From an uncultured Actinomycetes bacterium (lineage in GTDB: Bacteria; Actinomycetota; Thermoleophilia; UBA2241): a DNA stretch of 64,000 nt. This document shows, piece by piece, positions 54,988 to 64,000 of the stretch (positions are counted from its first letter, which is position 1; every line of letters begins with the position of its first letter). Location of the stretch: the NCBI GenBank assembly GCA_963767005.1, contig CAVYCN010000002.1, positions 352,001-416,000 of the forward strand, given 5' to 3'. Below the pieces are notes generated by a model that was not told where the DNA came from, searched no databases, and saw only the letters and a program-made list of their open reading frames with translations. The translations under genes and the position numbers were made by a program.

Positions 54988-56802
54988 CTACTGCTCGGTC
55001 CCGACACGCTCGATCCAGTCCTTGGGCGCGTAGGTCGACACGAACGAGTCCACGAAGAGCACGCGGCCGTTCTGCCGGACGGTACGCACAACCTTGACCG
55101 TGCGGCCGGCGAAGCCCTGCTCGTACGACACGATGCCCTTGGGCAGCGTGTCGTCGGTGATCACGCGCGGGTGCTGACGCGAGGTGTCCGTCGGCACCCA
55201 GTCGTAGAACGCGCTCGTCGTGAAGGTGACGGTGCGCCCCGTGCTGCCCACCAGCACCACGGTCACCTGGCCGCCGCCGGCCCAGCAGCGCAGCAGGAGC
55301 GCGTGGCCCGTGTCGTTGCGAAAGCGCAGGTCCTGCGAGCCGTAGGCGACCTGCGCGTCGCGGCCGATCGGGTAATGGTCGATCCAGAAGTCGTGCGGAT
55401 GCCGCTCCACGACCGGCAGGCCGGCGAAGAAGACGGCGTTGAACAGCGTCGTCGCGAACTGGCACAGACCACCGCCGACGCCGAGCCGCAGCACTCCGCC
55501 CTCGATCACCGGGGCGTAGTCGAAGCCACGGTCGAGCGTGCGCGGCCCGAGGGTCTGGTTCAGCGAGAAGACCTCGCCCGGCTTGATCACGGTGCCGTCG
55601 CAGAGCTTCGCGGCCTGGATGATGTTCTGGGCGCGCGGCTTGTTCGTCTGGTCGTAGTAGGTCGTGAACTGGGAGCCCAGGCCGTCGAGCCCGAGCGACG
55701 TGAGGTCCTCGGTCGTGGTCGTGGGCTCGAGGGTCGTGAGCGGCACGACCACCTGGCGCAGGCCGGGCTGGCTTGCCACATAGTCCATGTCCGACAGCAG
55801 GGTGGGCATGTCCAGGCCGAAGCCGGCGCTGCTCGGCGTGATCGACACCTCGCGGCCCTTGACCACTACGCGGGCGTTCACGGCGGGGTGGTCCGTGAAG
55901 GCGAAGAGGCGGTGCAGCCTGGCGCGCGCCCGCGGATTGTCGAAGGTCAGCGGGCTCGTCGTCGCGTCCGCGCCGGTGTTCACCGTCAGCATGGTCGCCA
56001 TGGTCGCCGGGCTCAGGTCGATCTCCTGACCTCTGAAGCGCAGCCGCAGCGGGCTGCTCAGGTACGTCGCGGCCTGCTCGGCCGCGACCTGGGCGGTGGC
56101 CGTGGTCACGGTCGGCTGGCTCGCCTCGAGGGGCACCGGCCCTTCGTAGCGGCCCCAGGCTGCCAGCGCCTGCTCGAGTCGCAGCCGCAGCGCGGCCGCG
56201 TCGATGGCGCTGCCCGTAGTGGCAGGACGCACGCTGACGGTCGTGCCGACCAGCACGAGGCGGGCGTCGCGGGGCGCCGTCTCGACATACGGCGCGATGC
56301 GCTCGACCGCGGCGGCGAGAGTGGTGACGTTGCAACGCACGACGGGTGCCACGACGCGGTGGCCGCCGAGCCACAGACGCAGCCCGAGCACGTCGACGCG
56401 GCCCGCCTGAGCGGCGCGTCGGGCCGTCGCCGCGGCGTCGACGCGCAGGCCCAGGTCGGCGAGCGTGAAGCGGACCGCGCCCTGCTTTGTCTGCAGCAGC
56501 ACGGTCCCGAGGTCGCGCGCCGCAAGGAGTCCGGCGATGGCCGTGCGCGCCGGCGCCGGGCCGTCGCCGGCGAGACTGCGGTCGCCGGCCGTCACGCCGA
56601 AGGCGACACGGCCGTACAGGTAGCCCTGCAGGGCGCAGAATGCGATGACCACGACGGCGAGGCCCATCAGGGCGACGCGCAGCAGCGGACCGACGCGACG
56701 TGCGCCGGCCCCTCCTCCCCGGGCCGCGTGCGCCGGCCGGCGGCGGCGCCGCGCGCCGCCGCTCTCAGCTGGGTCCACGGGTGGTTCGGGATGGCTCGTC
56801 AT
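54988..56802 (-). CDS. VanW-domain membrane protein with PG-binding (YoaR-like) repeats
   Basis: N-terminal TM; R..NI..AA...DG.VI.PGE.FS.N..LGPR, GGGLCQ.ATTLFNA, ERHPH, GRDA.V and DLRF.NDT motifs. Confidence 0.88.
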   Translation of the reverse strand: MTSHPEPPVDPAESGGARRRRRPAHAARGGGAGARRVGPLLRVALMGLAVVVIAFCALQGYLYGRVAFGVTAGDRSLAGDGPAPARTAIAGLLAARDLGTVLLQTKQGAVRFTLADLGLRVDAAATARRAAQAGRVDVLGLRLWLGGHRVVAPVVRCNVTTLAAAVERIAPYVETAPRDARLVLVGTTVSVRPATTGSAIDAAALRLRLEQALAAWGRYEGPVPLEASQPTVTTATAQVAAEQAATYLSSPLRLRFRGQEIDLSPATMATMLTVNTGADATTSPLTFDNPRARARLHRLFAFTDHPAVNARVVVKGREVSITPSSAGFGLDMPTLLSDMDYVASQPGLRQVVVPLTTLEPTTTTEDLTSLGLDGLGSQFTTYYDQTNKPRAQNIIQAAKLCDGTVIKPGEVFSLNQTLGPRTLDRGFDYAPVIEGGVLRLGVGGGLCQFATTLFNAVFFAGLPVVERHPHDFWIDHYPIGRDAQVAYGSQDLRFRNDTGHALLLRCWAGGGQVTVVLVGSTGRTVTFTTSAFYDWVPTDTSRQHPRVITDDTLPKGIVSYEQGFAGRTVKVVRTVRQNGRVLFVDSFVSTYAPKDWIERVGTEQ

Positions 56803-57000
56803 GGCTCCGCTCGGCGCTTGCGACTCGCGTCAGGGTTCACCGTACGGCCCGCGCTTCCCTGCAGAAGGTCCACATCCCCTTCATCGGTCGTCGGGCCGTG
56901 AGCTTGACCGATCGCCGCGGCTGGAGCGTGGCCCGGCGCTGGGCATGCGGCCGGCGCCGGCTCGAGCGGTGCCGGCGTCGCGCCGTGAGAGCGCGCCGGC

Positions 57001-59517
57001 TCAGTCGGCCTTGGCGGCGATCACGGCCCTGACCTTGCCGACGAAGCCGTCGGCCAGTCGCTCGGAGGCGTCGCCGTCGACGCCCTCGGCGTAGATGTGG
57101 AACAGGGCCTCGTCGGCGTCGGGGATGATCTGCGCCCAGCCGCCCTTGTAGAAGACCTTGATGCCGTCGAGCAGGCTGAGACGGTGCCCGTCGCTGCGCT
57201 GCAGCTCTTCGGTGACGGTGCGCATGACCGTGCCCTTGAGCGACCACGGGCAGCCCACGGTCTTGTGCACGAGGTTGCTCGCCGGGATCGCCGCGACCTG
57301 CTCCGAGAGCGGCACGGCGCTCGAGGCGAGCAACTCGAGCAGCTTGCCGAGGCTCATGAGGGCGTCGAAGCCCGGCAGGAAGCGCGGGAAGATGTAACCG
57401 CCGCCGATCGCCCCGGCAAAGGCGATGTCGGGGGCGGTCGCGGCCTCCATGAGCGCCGGCAGCGACACCTTCGTGCGCTCGATCTCGACGCCGAAGGGCC
57501 GCGCCATCTCCTCGGCCAGGCGGGTCACGGTGAGCGGCAGGGCGATCTTCTGGCCCTTGGGCAGCGATCCGGCCACGAGGCGCACGAAGAGCAGCAGCGC
57601 GCGCTCGAGGGGGATCTCCTGGCCGAGCTCGTCGACCAGGTAGAGACGTTCGGCGCCGGGGTCGATCACGGCGCCGAGGTCGGCACCCATCACCTTGACG
57701 ACGCGTTGCGCATCGGCGATGGTCACGCCGCGCTCGCCCGGCACGCCGCTCGCCTTCTGCTCGTCGGTGAAGGCATGCAGCGAGATGATCTCGGCGTCGA
57801 GATAGGGCAGGACCAGGGGCAGCACGAGCGCGGCCGGCGAGTACGAGTAGTCGATCACGAGCCGGTAGCCACGCGCGCGGATACGCTCGATATCCCACGA
57901 GCCCACGAGGCCGCGCACGTAGGTCTCCTGGGCGCGGTCGGGGTACTGGATGCGACCGAACTCGGTGTAGAAGGCGCGCCGGAAGTCCTGGCGGCCGTAG
58001 TACTTCTCGATGTTCTTCTGGGTCTTCTCGCTCACCGGGATGCCGGGCGGCTCGAACACCTGGATCTGCACGACCTCGGGGTCCCAGCTCGAGATGCGTA
58101 CGTGCACGCCGCCCTGCGCGTTGCCGCTCTTGATCTCGAAGCGGTTGACGGCCGCCGGGCTCACGCGCAGGTCGCTCACGCCGACGCCGGTCGAGTTGAG
58201 GCCGCTGATCATCGCCCGCTTGATCACGCGCGAGGCCGGATGGGCGTCGCGGCTCGTGACCACCTTGGCGCCGTTCGGCAGGGTCGTGCCGTATGCCAGC
58301 GCGAGCTTCAGTCCGAGCTCGGCGGTGATGTCGACGTTGATCAGGCCGACCACACCGTCCTTGCCGAAGAGCTGCGCCGTGCCGCGCGACTCCCAGATGA
58401 TGCTCGAGTTGACCTGGGCGCCGGACTCGACCGTCTTGAAGGGGTAGATCTTGACGTCCGGCCCTACGTAGGCCTGCTCTCCGATCACGCACTCGTCGCC
58501 GATCGCGGCGCCCTCGCTGAGCGTGGCGCCGGGCTTGATGTCGCAGTTCTTGCCGACGATCGCGCCGTAGACCTTCGAGCCGGAGCCGACGTAGGTGTTG
58601 GCGTCGATCACGCTGAAGCGCGTCTCGGCGTGGTCCTTGACCACGACGTTGCTGCCCATCACCGTGTAGGCCCCGATGCGGGCGTTGCCGTCGACCTTGG
58701 CGTAGTTGCCGATCACCGCGGGGCCGGTCACGTGATCGAGCGACTCGATGCTCACGTTCTCGCCGATGTAGATGCCGTTCTCGAGGCGGATGCCGGGGAT
58801 CTGCGCCTGCACCTTGCCGTCGAGCACGTCGCGGTTGGCGGCCAGGTACTGGCCGAGGCTGCCGATGTCCTGCCAGTAGCCGTCGGCGATCGTCCCGAAG
58901 AGCGGCTTGCCGAGCTCGAAGAGCTTGGGGAACAGCTCCTGACTGAAATCGTAGGCCTGGGAGGCCGGGATGTAGTTGAAGACCTCGGGCTCGAGCACGT
59001 AGATGCCGGTGTTGACCGTGTCCGAGAAGACTTGGCCCCAGGTGGGCTTCTCGAGGAAGCGCTCGATGCGGCCCTCGCCGTTCACGACCACGACACCGAA
59101 CTCGAGCGGGTTCTCGACGTGCTTGAGGACGATGGACACCATCGCGCCGCGGCGCTCGTGCTCGGCGATGATGGCGGAGAGATCGAAGTCGGTCAGGGCG
59201 TCGCCGGAGATCACGATGAAGCGCTCGCCGAGCAGCTCTTCGGCGTTCTTCACGCTGCCGGCGGTGCCCAGCGGCACCTGCTCGACGGAGTAGTTGATGT
59301 TCACGCCGAGCTCGCTGCCGTCACCGAAGTAGTCGCGGATCGCCTTGGGCAGGAACGCGACGGTGACGACGATGTCGTCGATGCCGTGCCGCTTGAGGAG
59401 CTCGACGATGTGCTCCATGCAGGGCTTGTTGGCGACCGGCACCATCGGCTTGGGCTGGTTGCTCGTGAGGGGCCGCAGGCGGGTCCCCTCTCCCCCTGCC
59501 ATCACGACGGCGCGCAC
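57001..59517 (-). CDS. Sugar-1-phosphate nucleotidyltransferase (mannose-1-phosphate guanylyltransferase-like) with LbH and phosphomannomutase-like domains
   Basis: [38 protein letters not shown], hexapeptide repeats, LFG..GV.G..N PGM-like region. Confidence 0.9.
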   Translation of the reverse strand: MRAVVMAGGEGTRLRPLTSNQPKPMVPVANKPCMEHIVELLKRHGIDDIVVTVAFLPKAIRDYFGDGSELGVNINYSVEQVPLGTAGSVKNAEELLGERFIVISGDALTDFDLSAIIAEHERRGAMVSIVLKHVENPLEFGVVVVNGEGRIERFLEKPTWGQVFSDTVNTGIYVLEPEVFNYIPASQAYDFSQELFPKLFELGKPLFGTIADGYWQDIGSLGQYLAANRDVLDGKVQAQIPGIRLENGIYIGENVSIESLDHVTGPAVIGNYAKVDGNARIGAYTVMGSNVVVKDHAETRFSVIDANTYVGSGSKVYGAIVGKNCDIKPGATLSEGAAIGDECVIGEQAYVGPDVKIYPFKTVESGAQVNSSIIWESRGTAQLFGKDGVVGLINVDITAELGLKLALAYGTTLPNGAKVVTSRDAHPASRVIKRAMISGLNSTGVGVSDLRVSPAAVNRFEIKSGNAQGGVHVRISSWDPEVVQIQVFEPPGIPVSEKTQKNIEKYYGRQDFRRAFYTEFGRIQYPDRAQETYVRGLVGSWDIERIRARGYRLVIDYSYSPAALVLPLVLPYLDAEIISLHAFTDEQKASGVPGERGVTIADAQRVVKVMGADLGAVIDPGAERLYLVDELGQEIPLERALLLFVRLVAGSLPKGQKIALPLTVTRLAEEMARPFGVEIERTKVSLPALMEAATAPDIAFAGAIGGGYIFPRFLPGFDALMSLGKLLELLASSAVPLSEQVAAIPASNLVHKTVGCPWSLKGTVMRTVTEELQRSDGHRLSLLDGIKVFYKGGWAQIIPDADEALFHIYAEGVDGDASERLADGFVGKVRAVIAAKAD

Positions 59518-59668
59518 GGTCAGGCCGTCCGTGCGACGCTGGGCTGTGAGGCACTCGCCATGCGCTGATAGTACCAGAAGCAAGCGGCGCTTCAGGGCGT
59601 GTGACCGGGGCTTCTCCCGCGTTGTCTCGCGAGCGTGGCGCCGGGTCGACGCCCCGCCGGCGGGCGCC

Positions 59669-60223
59669 TCAGGCCGTCGTCGCCGACGACGGCCGCGCCC
59701 GCCGCCAGCGCCTGGACCGGCGCCAGATGTACCCGCAACCGCTGACCAGGTAGAGCGTCCCGCCGAACGCGTACACGGGCCAGGCGACCGCCCGGGCGCC
59801 GACGATGAACAGCTCGATGCCGCAGAAGAGGGTGAAGTTGGCGAGGCGTCCGCCGCGCAGGATACGGGGCGGCTCGTGGTAGTGGAACAGCATGAGCGCG
59901 GCGCCGGCCAGCATGAGGGCATCGCGCACCACGAGCGGTACGACGGCCCACCAGGGCAGCGCCCCGAACAGCAGCAGCGCGCCGAGCAGGAAGAGGAAAG
60001 CGACGCGGTCGGTCACCGGGTCGAGCACGCGGCCGAGCTCCGTCTGCCAGCCGAAACGGCGCGCGAGCCAGCCGTCGAGCACGTCGGTCGCCGCCAGCGC
60101 GAGCACGAAGGCCGCGGTCGGCCAGCTCGCCTGCGGCGCCCGCAGGCTGTAGAGCCAGAGGAACAGCGGCAGCGCGCAGAGGCGCGCGATCGTGATCGCG
60201 TTGGGGATCATGCGGCGCGACAT
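59669..60223 (-). CDS. CDP-alcohol phosphatidyltransferase (PgsA2-like)
   Basis: IPN.IT.AR and [10 protein letters not shown]...T.LG..LDP..DR motifs. Confidence 0.9.
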   Translation of the reverse strand: MSRRMIPNAITIARLCALPLFLWLYSLRAPQASWPTAAFVLALAATDVLDGWLARRFGWQTELGRVLDPVTDRVAFLFLLGALLLFGALPWWAVVPLVVRDALMLAGAALMLFHYHEPPRILRGGRLANFTLFCGIELFIVGARAVAWPVYAFGGTLYLVSGCGYIWRRSRRWRRARPSSATTA

Positions 60224-60372
60224 GCGGCGTAGTGTACACGGAACGACCGACGCGAAGGCGGCCCGGGCGGCCGCCGCGTGGCGGGCGTCGCGGCCGCCAC
60301 ACGGACGGCCCTAGGCCGCCGCTAGGCACGAGTGGCCAAGGCGAGCGATGTGCTACACTACGGCCTCGCGGT

Positions 60373-60450
60373 CGGCGTGTGGCGCAGCCTGGTTAGCGCA
60401 CTAGTCTGGGGGACTAGGGGTCGCCAGTTCGAATCTGGCCACGCCGACCA
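60373..60450 (+). tRNA. tRNA-Pro(GGG)
   Basis: Acceptor CGGCGTG/CACGCCG, D-arm GCGCAGCCTGGTTAGCGC, anticodon arm CTAGT-CTGGGGG-ACTAG, TTCGAAT T-loop, encoded CCA; TACACT -10 upstream. Confidence 0.97.
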
Positions 60451-60491
60451 AGTCGCCTTCTCCCTCGCGGATCCGTCGTGTCCGGCCTCGT

Positions 60492-61364
60492 CTACGACTG
60501 CGTGGCTGCCTCGACGGCGGCGCCCGTCCCAGGCTCGGCCGGCCCGAGAGTGATGACCGCCGCGCCCCTCTCCGTGGGGATCGACAGGGAGCGCCAGTGC
60601 GGGTGCGCGCTCAGCCAGAGCGCGAGCACCCGCTTCTCGGCCGGCCGGTCGGTGTCGTGCAAGAAGATCACGGCGTCGTCGCGCAACGAGGTCTCGAGCA
60701 AGGGCACTGCCGGATACCGGGCGATCTCGTGCACCCAGACCGGCGGGCCGTCGACGATGAGGACGTCGATCGAGGGCAGCTTCACGTGGTCGAGGCTGTA
60801 CCAGCTCCACTCCTGTGCGCCGATGGTGTGACCTACGAGCGGCGCGTGGACGACCTCGACGAAGTCGCCGACACCGGCTGCCGCCACGTAGCCGCGGACC
60901 TGCTCGGCGAAGGCCGCGTCGTTTTCGAGCGACACGATGCGGCCCCGTGCGCGTCGTTGCAGCCAGAGGCCCAACCACACCGTCGAAGCACCCGAGCCGC
61001 ACTCGAGGATCGTCGGCTCGTCGAACCTCTGGGCGCGCAGGATCACCTCGACGAGAACGTCCGCCGAGAGCGCCCAGCCCCCCATCGGGGGCAGCGCCAC
61101 CGTCGGCCGGCAGAGCTCGTGAAGGACGAAGAGGGCTTCGGTGCGGCGCTCGCTGAAGCCGCGCCCCTTGACGACGGCGGCCATGAGCCTGGCAAGGAGT
61201 CGGCGGTACAGCCACGTGGCGGTGAAGACGCACACAGCCGTGCCCAGCACGACGGCCGCGATCACCGCTTCGCTGAAGATCGCAAGGACGACGGCCACGA
61301 CCACGACGGCGATCCAGGCTCCGCCGGCCCGGAACGCGTAGGAGCGCGGATTGAGCTTCTTCAT
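60492..61364 (-). CDS. Membrane-anchored class I SAM-dependent methyltransferase (Methyltransf_24-like)
   Basis: Two N-terminal TM helices, GWAL, ILECGSG.ST, SLE.D, IDVL.VDGPP and RYPA motifs. Confidence 0.82.
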   Translation of the reverse strand: MKKLNPRSYAFRAGGAWIAVVVVAVVLAIFSEAVIAAVVLGTAVCVFTATWLYRRLLARLMAAVVKGRGFSERRTEALFVLHELCRPTVALPPMGGWALSADVLVEVILRAQRFDEPTILECGSGASTVWLGLWLQRRARGRIVSLENDAAFAEQVRGYVAAAGVGDFVEVVHAPLVGHTIGAQEWSWYSLDHVKLPSIDVLIVDGPPVWVHEIARYPAVPLLETSLRDDAVIFLHDTDRPAEKRVLALWLSAHPHWRSLSIPTERGAAVITLGPAEPGTGAAVEAATQS

Positions 61365-61575
61365 CTGCGATCGACTCCTCTGCTTGCCGATTGGCATCGA
61401 GGTGCGGCGACGGGCCAGACGTCGATGCGGGTCCGGATCGGCCCCATCGCGCATCGCGGGCTCCCCCTGTGACCGCGCCAGTCTACGGCTCCGCGAACGG
61501 TATGCCGAGCACGGCTGTTGCCTGGAGCCTGCGGCACGAGCGGCCAGAGGGCGCCACCGCCGCCGGGCGAGCGTT

Positions 61576-62409
61576 CTAGCGAGCCGCGGCGAGCCGGCGG
61601 TAGAGCAGCCGGCGCAGCTCGCTGTTGAGCGCCGCACGCACGGCGCCGCAGCGCGCGTCGAGCGCCGATACCCCGTAGCGCCGGTCGCCCGCGAGTGCGC
61701 CCAGCAGCGCCTTCATGTCGGCCGTCTGCTCGTCGGCCACGTGGGCGCTCCACGAGCCCGTGGTCACGCGAAAGGCACTCAGGGTGTCGGGGATCACGTA
61801 CAGGTCGCCGAGCAGCAGAAGGCGGCACCAGAGCTCGAGGTCGACTGTGTAGCGCGCCTCGGCCTGGAACCCGCCGGCGCGCAGGGCCGCCTCGCGGCGG
61901 AAGAGCGCGGCCGAGGGCTCGCCGACGAGGTTGGTGCCGCGTCGCGCGATGCGGCGCAGCGCGCGCGCGCCCGCCACGCGGCCGGCGCGTGGCCCCCAGC
62001 GTCGGCGCAGCAGGCGTCGGCCGCCGGCGTCGACCACGTCGCGGCCGGCCGCGACCAGCACGACGCCGCGGTTGCCCGGATCGTCGAGCACCGCCGCCTG
62101 ACGCGCGAGCGACCCCGGGTAGAGCCAGTCGTCGGCGCAGAGGATCTTGACCAGGTCGCCTCGCGCTTCGCTGAGGCAGCGACTCCAGTTGCGCCCGGCG
62201 CCGATGTTAGTCTCGTTGCGCAGCAGCCGCAGGCGGGGGTCGTCGAGCTCGCGCACGATGTCGACGGTGCCGTCGGTCGACGCGTTGTCGATCACGAGCA
62301 GCTCGAGGTCGACGCCGGTCTGGGCCAGCGCCGACGACACGGCCTGCCGCACGAAGGGCGCACCGTTGTAGACCGGCAGGCAGACCGAGACGTGGGCCGA
62401 GCCGGTCAT
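61576..62409 (-). CDS. Glycosyltransferase family 2
   Basis: VSVCLPVYNG, SALAQT, DNASTDGT, LCADD and GEPSA motifs. Confidence 0.9.
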   Translation of the reverse strand: MTGSAHVSVCLPVYNGAPFVRQAVSSALAQTGVDLELLVIDNASTDGTVDIVRELDDPRLRLLRNETNIGAGRNWSRCLSEARGDLVKILCADDWLYPGSLARQAAVLDDPGNRGVVLVAAGRDVVDAGGRRLLRRRWGPRAGRVAGARALRRIARRGTNLVGEPSAALFRREAALRAGGFQAEARYTVDLELWCRLLLLGDLYVIPDTLSAFRVTTGSWSAHVADEQTADMKALLGALAGDRRYGVSALDARCGAVRAALNSELRRLLYRRLAAAR

Positions 62410-63458
62410 CGGGGCAGCGCCGGCTCCTTGGCCGGTCGCTTGCGCCGGCCGGCCGCCGCGGCGCCGCGCAACTCGTCGTCGAGGCCGCCGACGCGCGTGC
62501 GCACGACGTACAGCGGCCGTTCCTTGCTCGCGCTGAACACGCGCCCGACGTACACACCGAGGATGCCGATCGACAGGAGCTGTACGCCGCCGAGGAACAG
62601 GATGGCGACCAGCACCGACGTCCAGCCGGCGACCACGGAGTGCGGGTCGGTCAGGCGGTTGGCGACGATCCACACGAGGTAGATGAAGGCGCCCACCGTG
62701 ATCGTGGCGCCGAGCTGCGCGGCCAGCACGAGCGGGCGGCTCGAGAAGCTCGTCACGCCGTCGAGCGCCAGCTTGACCATCTTCCCCATCGAGTACTTCG
62801 TCTCGCCGGCATAGCGCTCGTCGCGCTCGTAGGGCAGGGCCTCCTGGCGAAAGCCGGCCCAGGCGACCATGCCGCGCAGGTAGCGGGCGTCCTCGCGCAT
62901 GTCGCGCAGCACGTCGGCGACCGCGCGGTCGAGCAGCCGGAAATCGCCGGCGTCGAACGGCAGCGGCGTGTCGCTCAACCGGCCGAGCGCACGGTAGAAG
63001 AGCTTGGCGGTGGCACGCTTGAAGACGCCTTCGCCGTGGCGCACGCTGCGCGCCCCGTAGACCACGTCGGCGCCGGCCCGCCAGCGCTCGATCATCGCGG
63101 GGATGACCTCGGGCGGGTCCTGCAGGTCGCCGTCGATCAACACGACGGCGTCGCCGGCGGCGTGGTCGAGGCCGGCCGTGATGGCCGCCTGGTGGCCGAA
63201 GTTGCGCGACAGGCCGACCACGCGCACGCGGCCGTCGCCGGCCGCGATCGCGCGCAGCAGCTCGAGCGTGTCGTCGCGGCTGCCGTCGTCGACGAAGATG
63301 AACTGTCCGGCGAGGCTCTCGAGCCCGTCGAAGACGGCCGCCAGGCGCCGGTACATCTCCTCGACCGTATCGTGCTCGTCGAAGACGGGCACGACCACCG
63401 AGACGAGCTCCCCCTCGCCGGGCAGTGAGGCCCGGCGGCGTGTCGGTTCGGGCGTCAT
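62406..63458 (-). CDS. GT2 polyprenol-phosphate glycosyltransferase (GtrB/YkoT-like)
   Basis: VDDGSRD, LSRNFGHQ.A..AGL, DGDLQDPP and GDFRLLDR motifs; two C-terminal TM helices. Confidence 0.92.
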   Translation of the reverse strand: MTPEPTRRRASLPGEGELVSVVVPVFDEHDTVEEMYRRLAAVFDGLESLAGQFIFVDDGSRDDTLELLRAIAAGDGRVRVVGLSRNFGHQAAITAGLDHAAGDAVVLIDGDLQDPPEVIPAMIERWRAGADVVYGARSVRHGEGVFKRATAKLFYRALGRLSDTPLPFDAGDFRLLDRAVADVLRDMREDARYLRGMVAWAGFRQEALPYERDERYAGETKYSMGKMVKLALDGVTSFSSRPLVLAAQLGATITVGAFIYLVWIVANRLTDPHSVVAGWTSVLVAILFLGGVQLLSIGILGVYVGRVFSASKERPLYVVRTRVGGLDDELRGAAAAGRRKRPAKEPALPR

Positions 63459-64000
63459 GCGTGCACCACCAGTCGTCGAAAGCCGTCCTCGAGGGAGACC
63501 TCGGCCCGCCATCCGGGCAGCGGGCTGCCCGCGGGCGGCGTCATGACCTCGCGCGGCCGGTACGGCCGCTCACCCCAGCGCACCGGCACCGGCCGCCCCG
63601 CCGCCGCGCCGTAGGCCGCCACGACCGCACGCAATGTGCGCGCCTCGCCGGTGCTCACGTCGAAGCGCTCGTGGCCGCTGCCGCCGCCGTCGAGCAGCCG
63701 CCGTCCCGCCGTGGCGAAGGCGGCCGTGACGTCATCGACGTGCACGAGATCGAGCAGCTGCTCGCCCGGCGAGAGCGACAGCGGCGTGCCACTGCGCAGC
63801 GCTCCGGCGAGAGCGCTCACGAGCTTGGGGCGCCGGTCGTCGGGGCCGTAGGTGTCGTACAGCCGCAGCGTGATCGCGGCGAAGCCTTCGGCGCTGACGT
63901 AGTAGGTCAGCACGTCCTCGAAGGCCTGCTTGGTGGCCGCATAGAGGCAGACCGGGTCGTAGCCGCCCTGGAGGTCCCGCTGCCACGAGGTGCCGGTGTT
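63455..64000 (-). CDS. NAD-dependent epimerase/dehydratase, RfbJ-like NDP-sugar reductase (5' truncated by window edge)
   Basis: NTGTSWQ...PVCLYAATKQAFE (YxxxK), LYDTYGP.D.R.KL, GEQ..DLVHVDD and YR.REVM motifs. Confidence 0.85.
   Translation of the reverse strand, partial: NTGTSWQRDLQGGYDPVCLYAATKQAFEDVLTYYVSAEGFAAITLRLYDTYGPDDRRPKLVSALAGALRSGTPLSLSPGEQLLDLVHVDDVTAAFATAGRRLLDGGGSGHERFDVSTGEARTLRAVVAAYGAAAGRPVPVRWGERPYRPREVMTPPAGSPLPGWRAEVSLEDGFRRLVVHA

Overview
High-GC core chromosome segment. Gene content suggests a deep-branching actinobacterium, most likely Thermoleophilia-like (inference from mIHF, a GarA-like FHA/MerR cluster, a single-motif RsiG-like protein, RNase Y, RodZ and DapL). 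From 1 to 49.4 kb it is an almost unbroken + strand run of housekeeping operons: pyr/car, mIHF-gmk-rpoZ-coaBC, rimP-nusA-infB-rbfA-truB-ribF, rpsO-pnp, dapBA-rnj-ftsK-rodZ-yajQ-rimO-pgsA-cinA-thpR-recA-recX, and rny-miaB-(Memo/LigB + AMMECR1)-miaA-dapF-dapL-hflX-dut. A 28-bp XerCD dif-like site at 49509-49536 lies where gene orientation flips to mostly - strand, so the window probably spans the replication terminus. Main non-obvious signals: (1) a roughly 270-nt structured 6S-like RNA with its own promoter and terminator between recX and rny; (2) an MglB-MglA GTPase pair with a divergent DUF4388 gene next to a single-motif c-di-GMP-binding RsiG-like anti-sigma, FHA and MerR genes; (3) an AmmeMemo pair inserted between miaB and miaA without its radical SAM partner; (4) non-canonical start codons for rpsO and an M16 peptidase; (5) a Zn-finger-like tail on NusA; (6) an orphan LexA box beside dif. 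No transposase, integrase, prophage or CRISPR array was seen. All calls come from reading the sequence and recalled family motifs; no searches were run.
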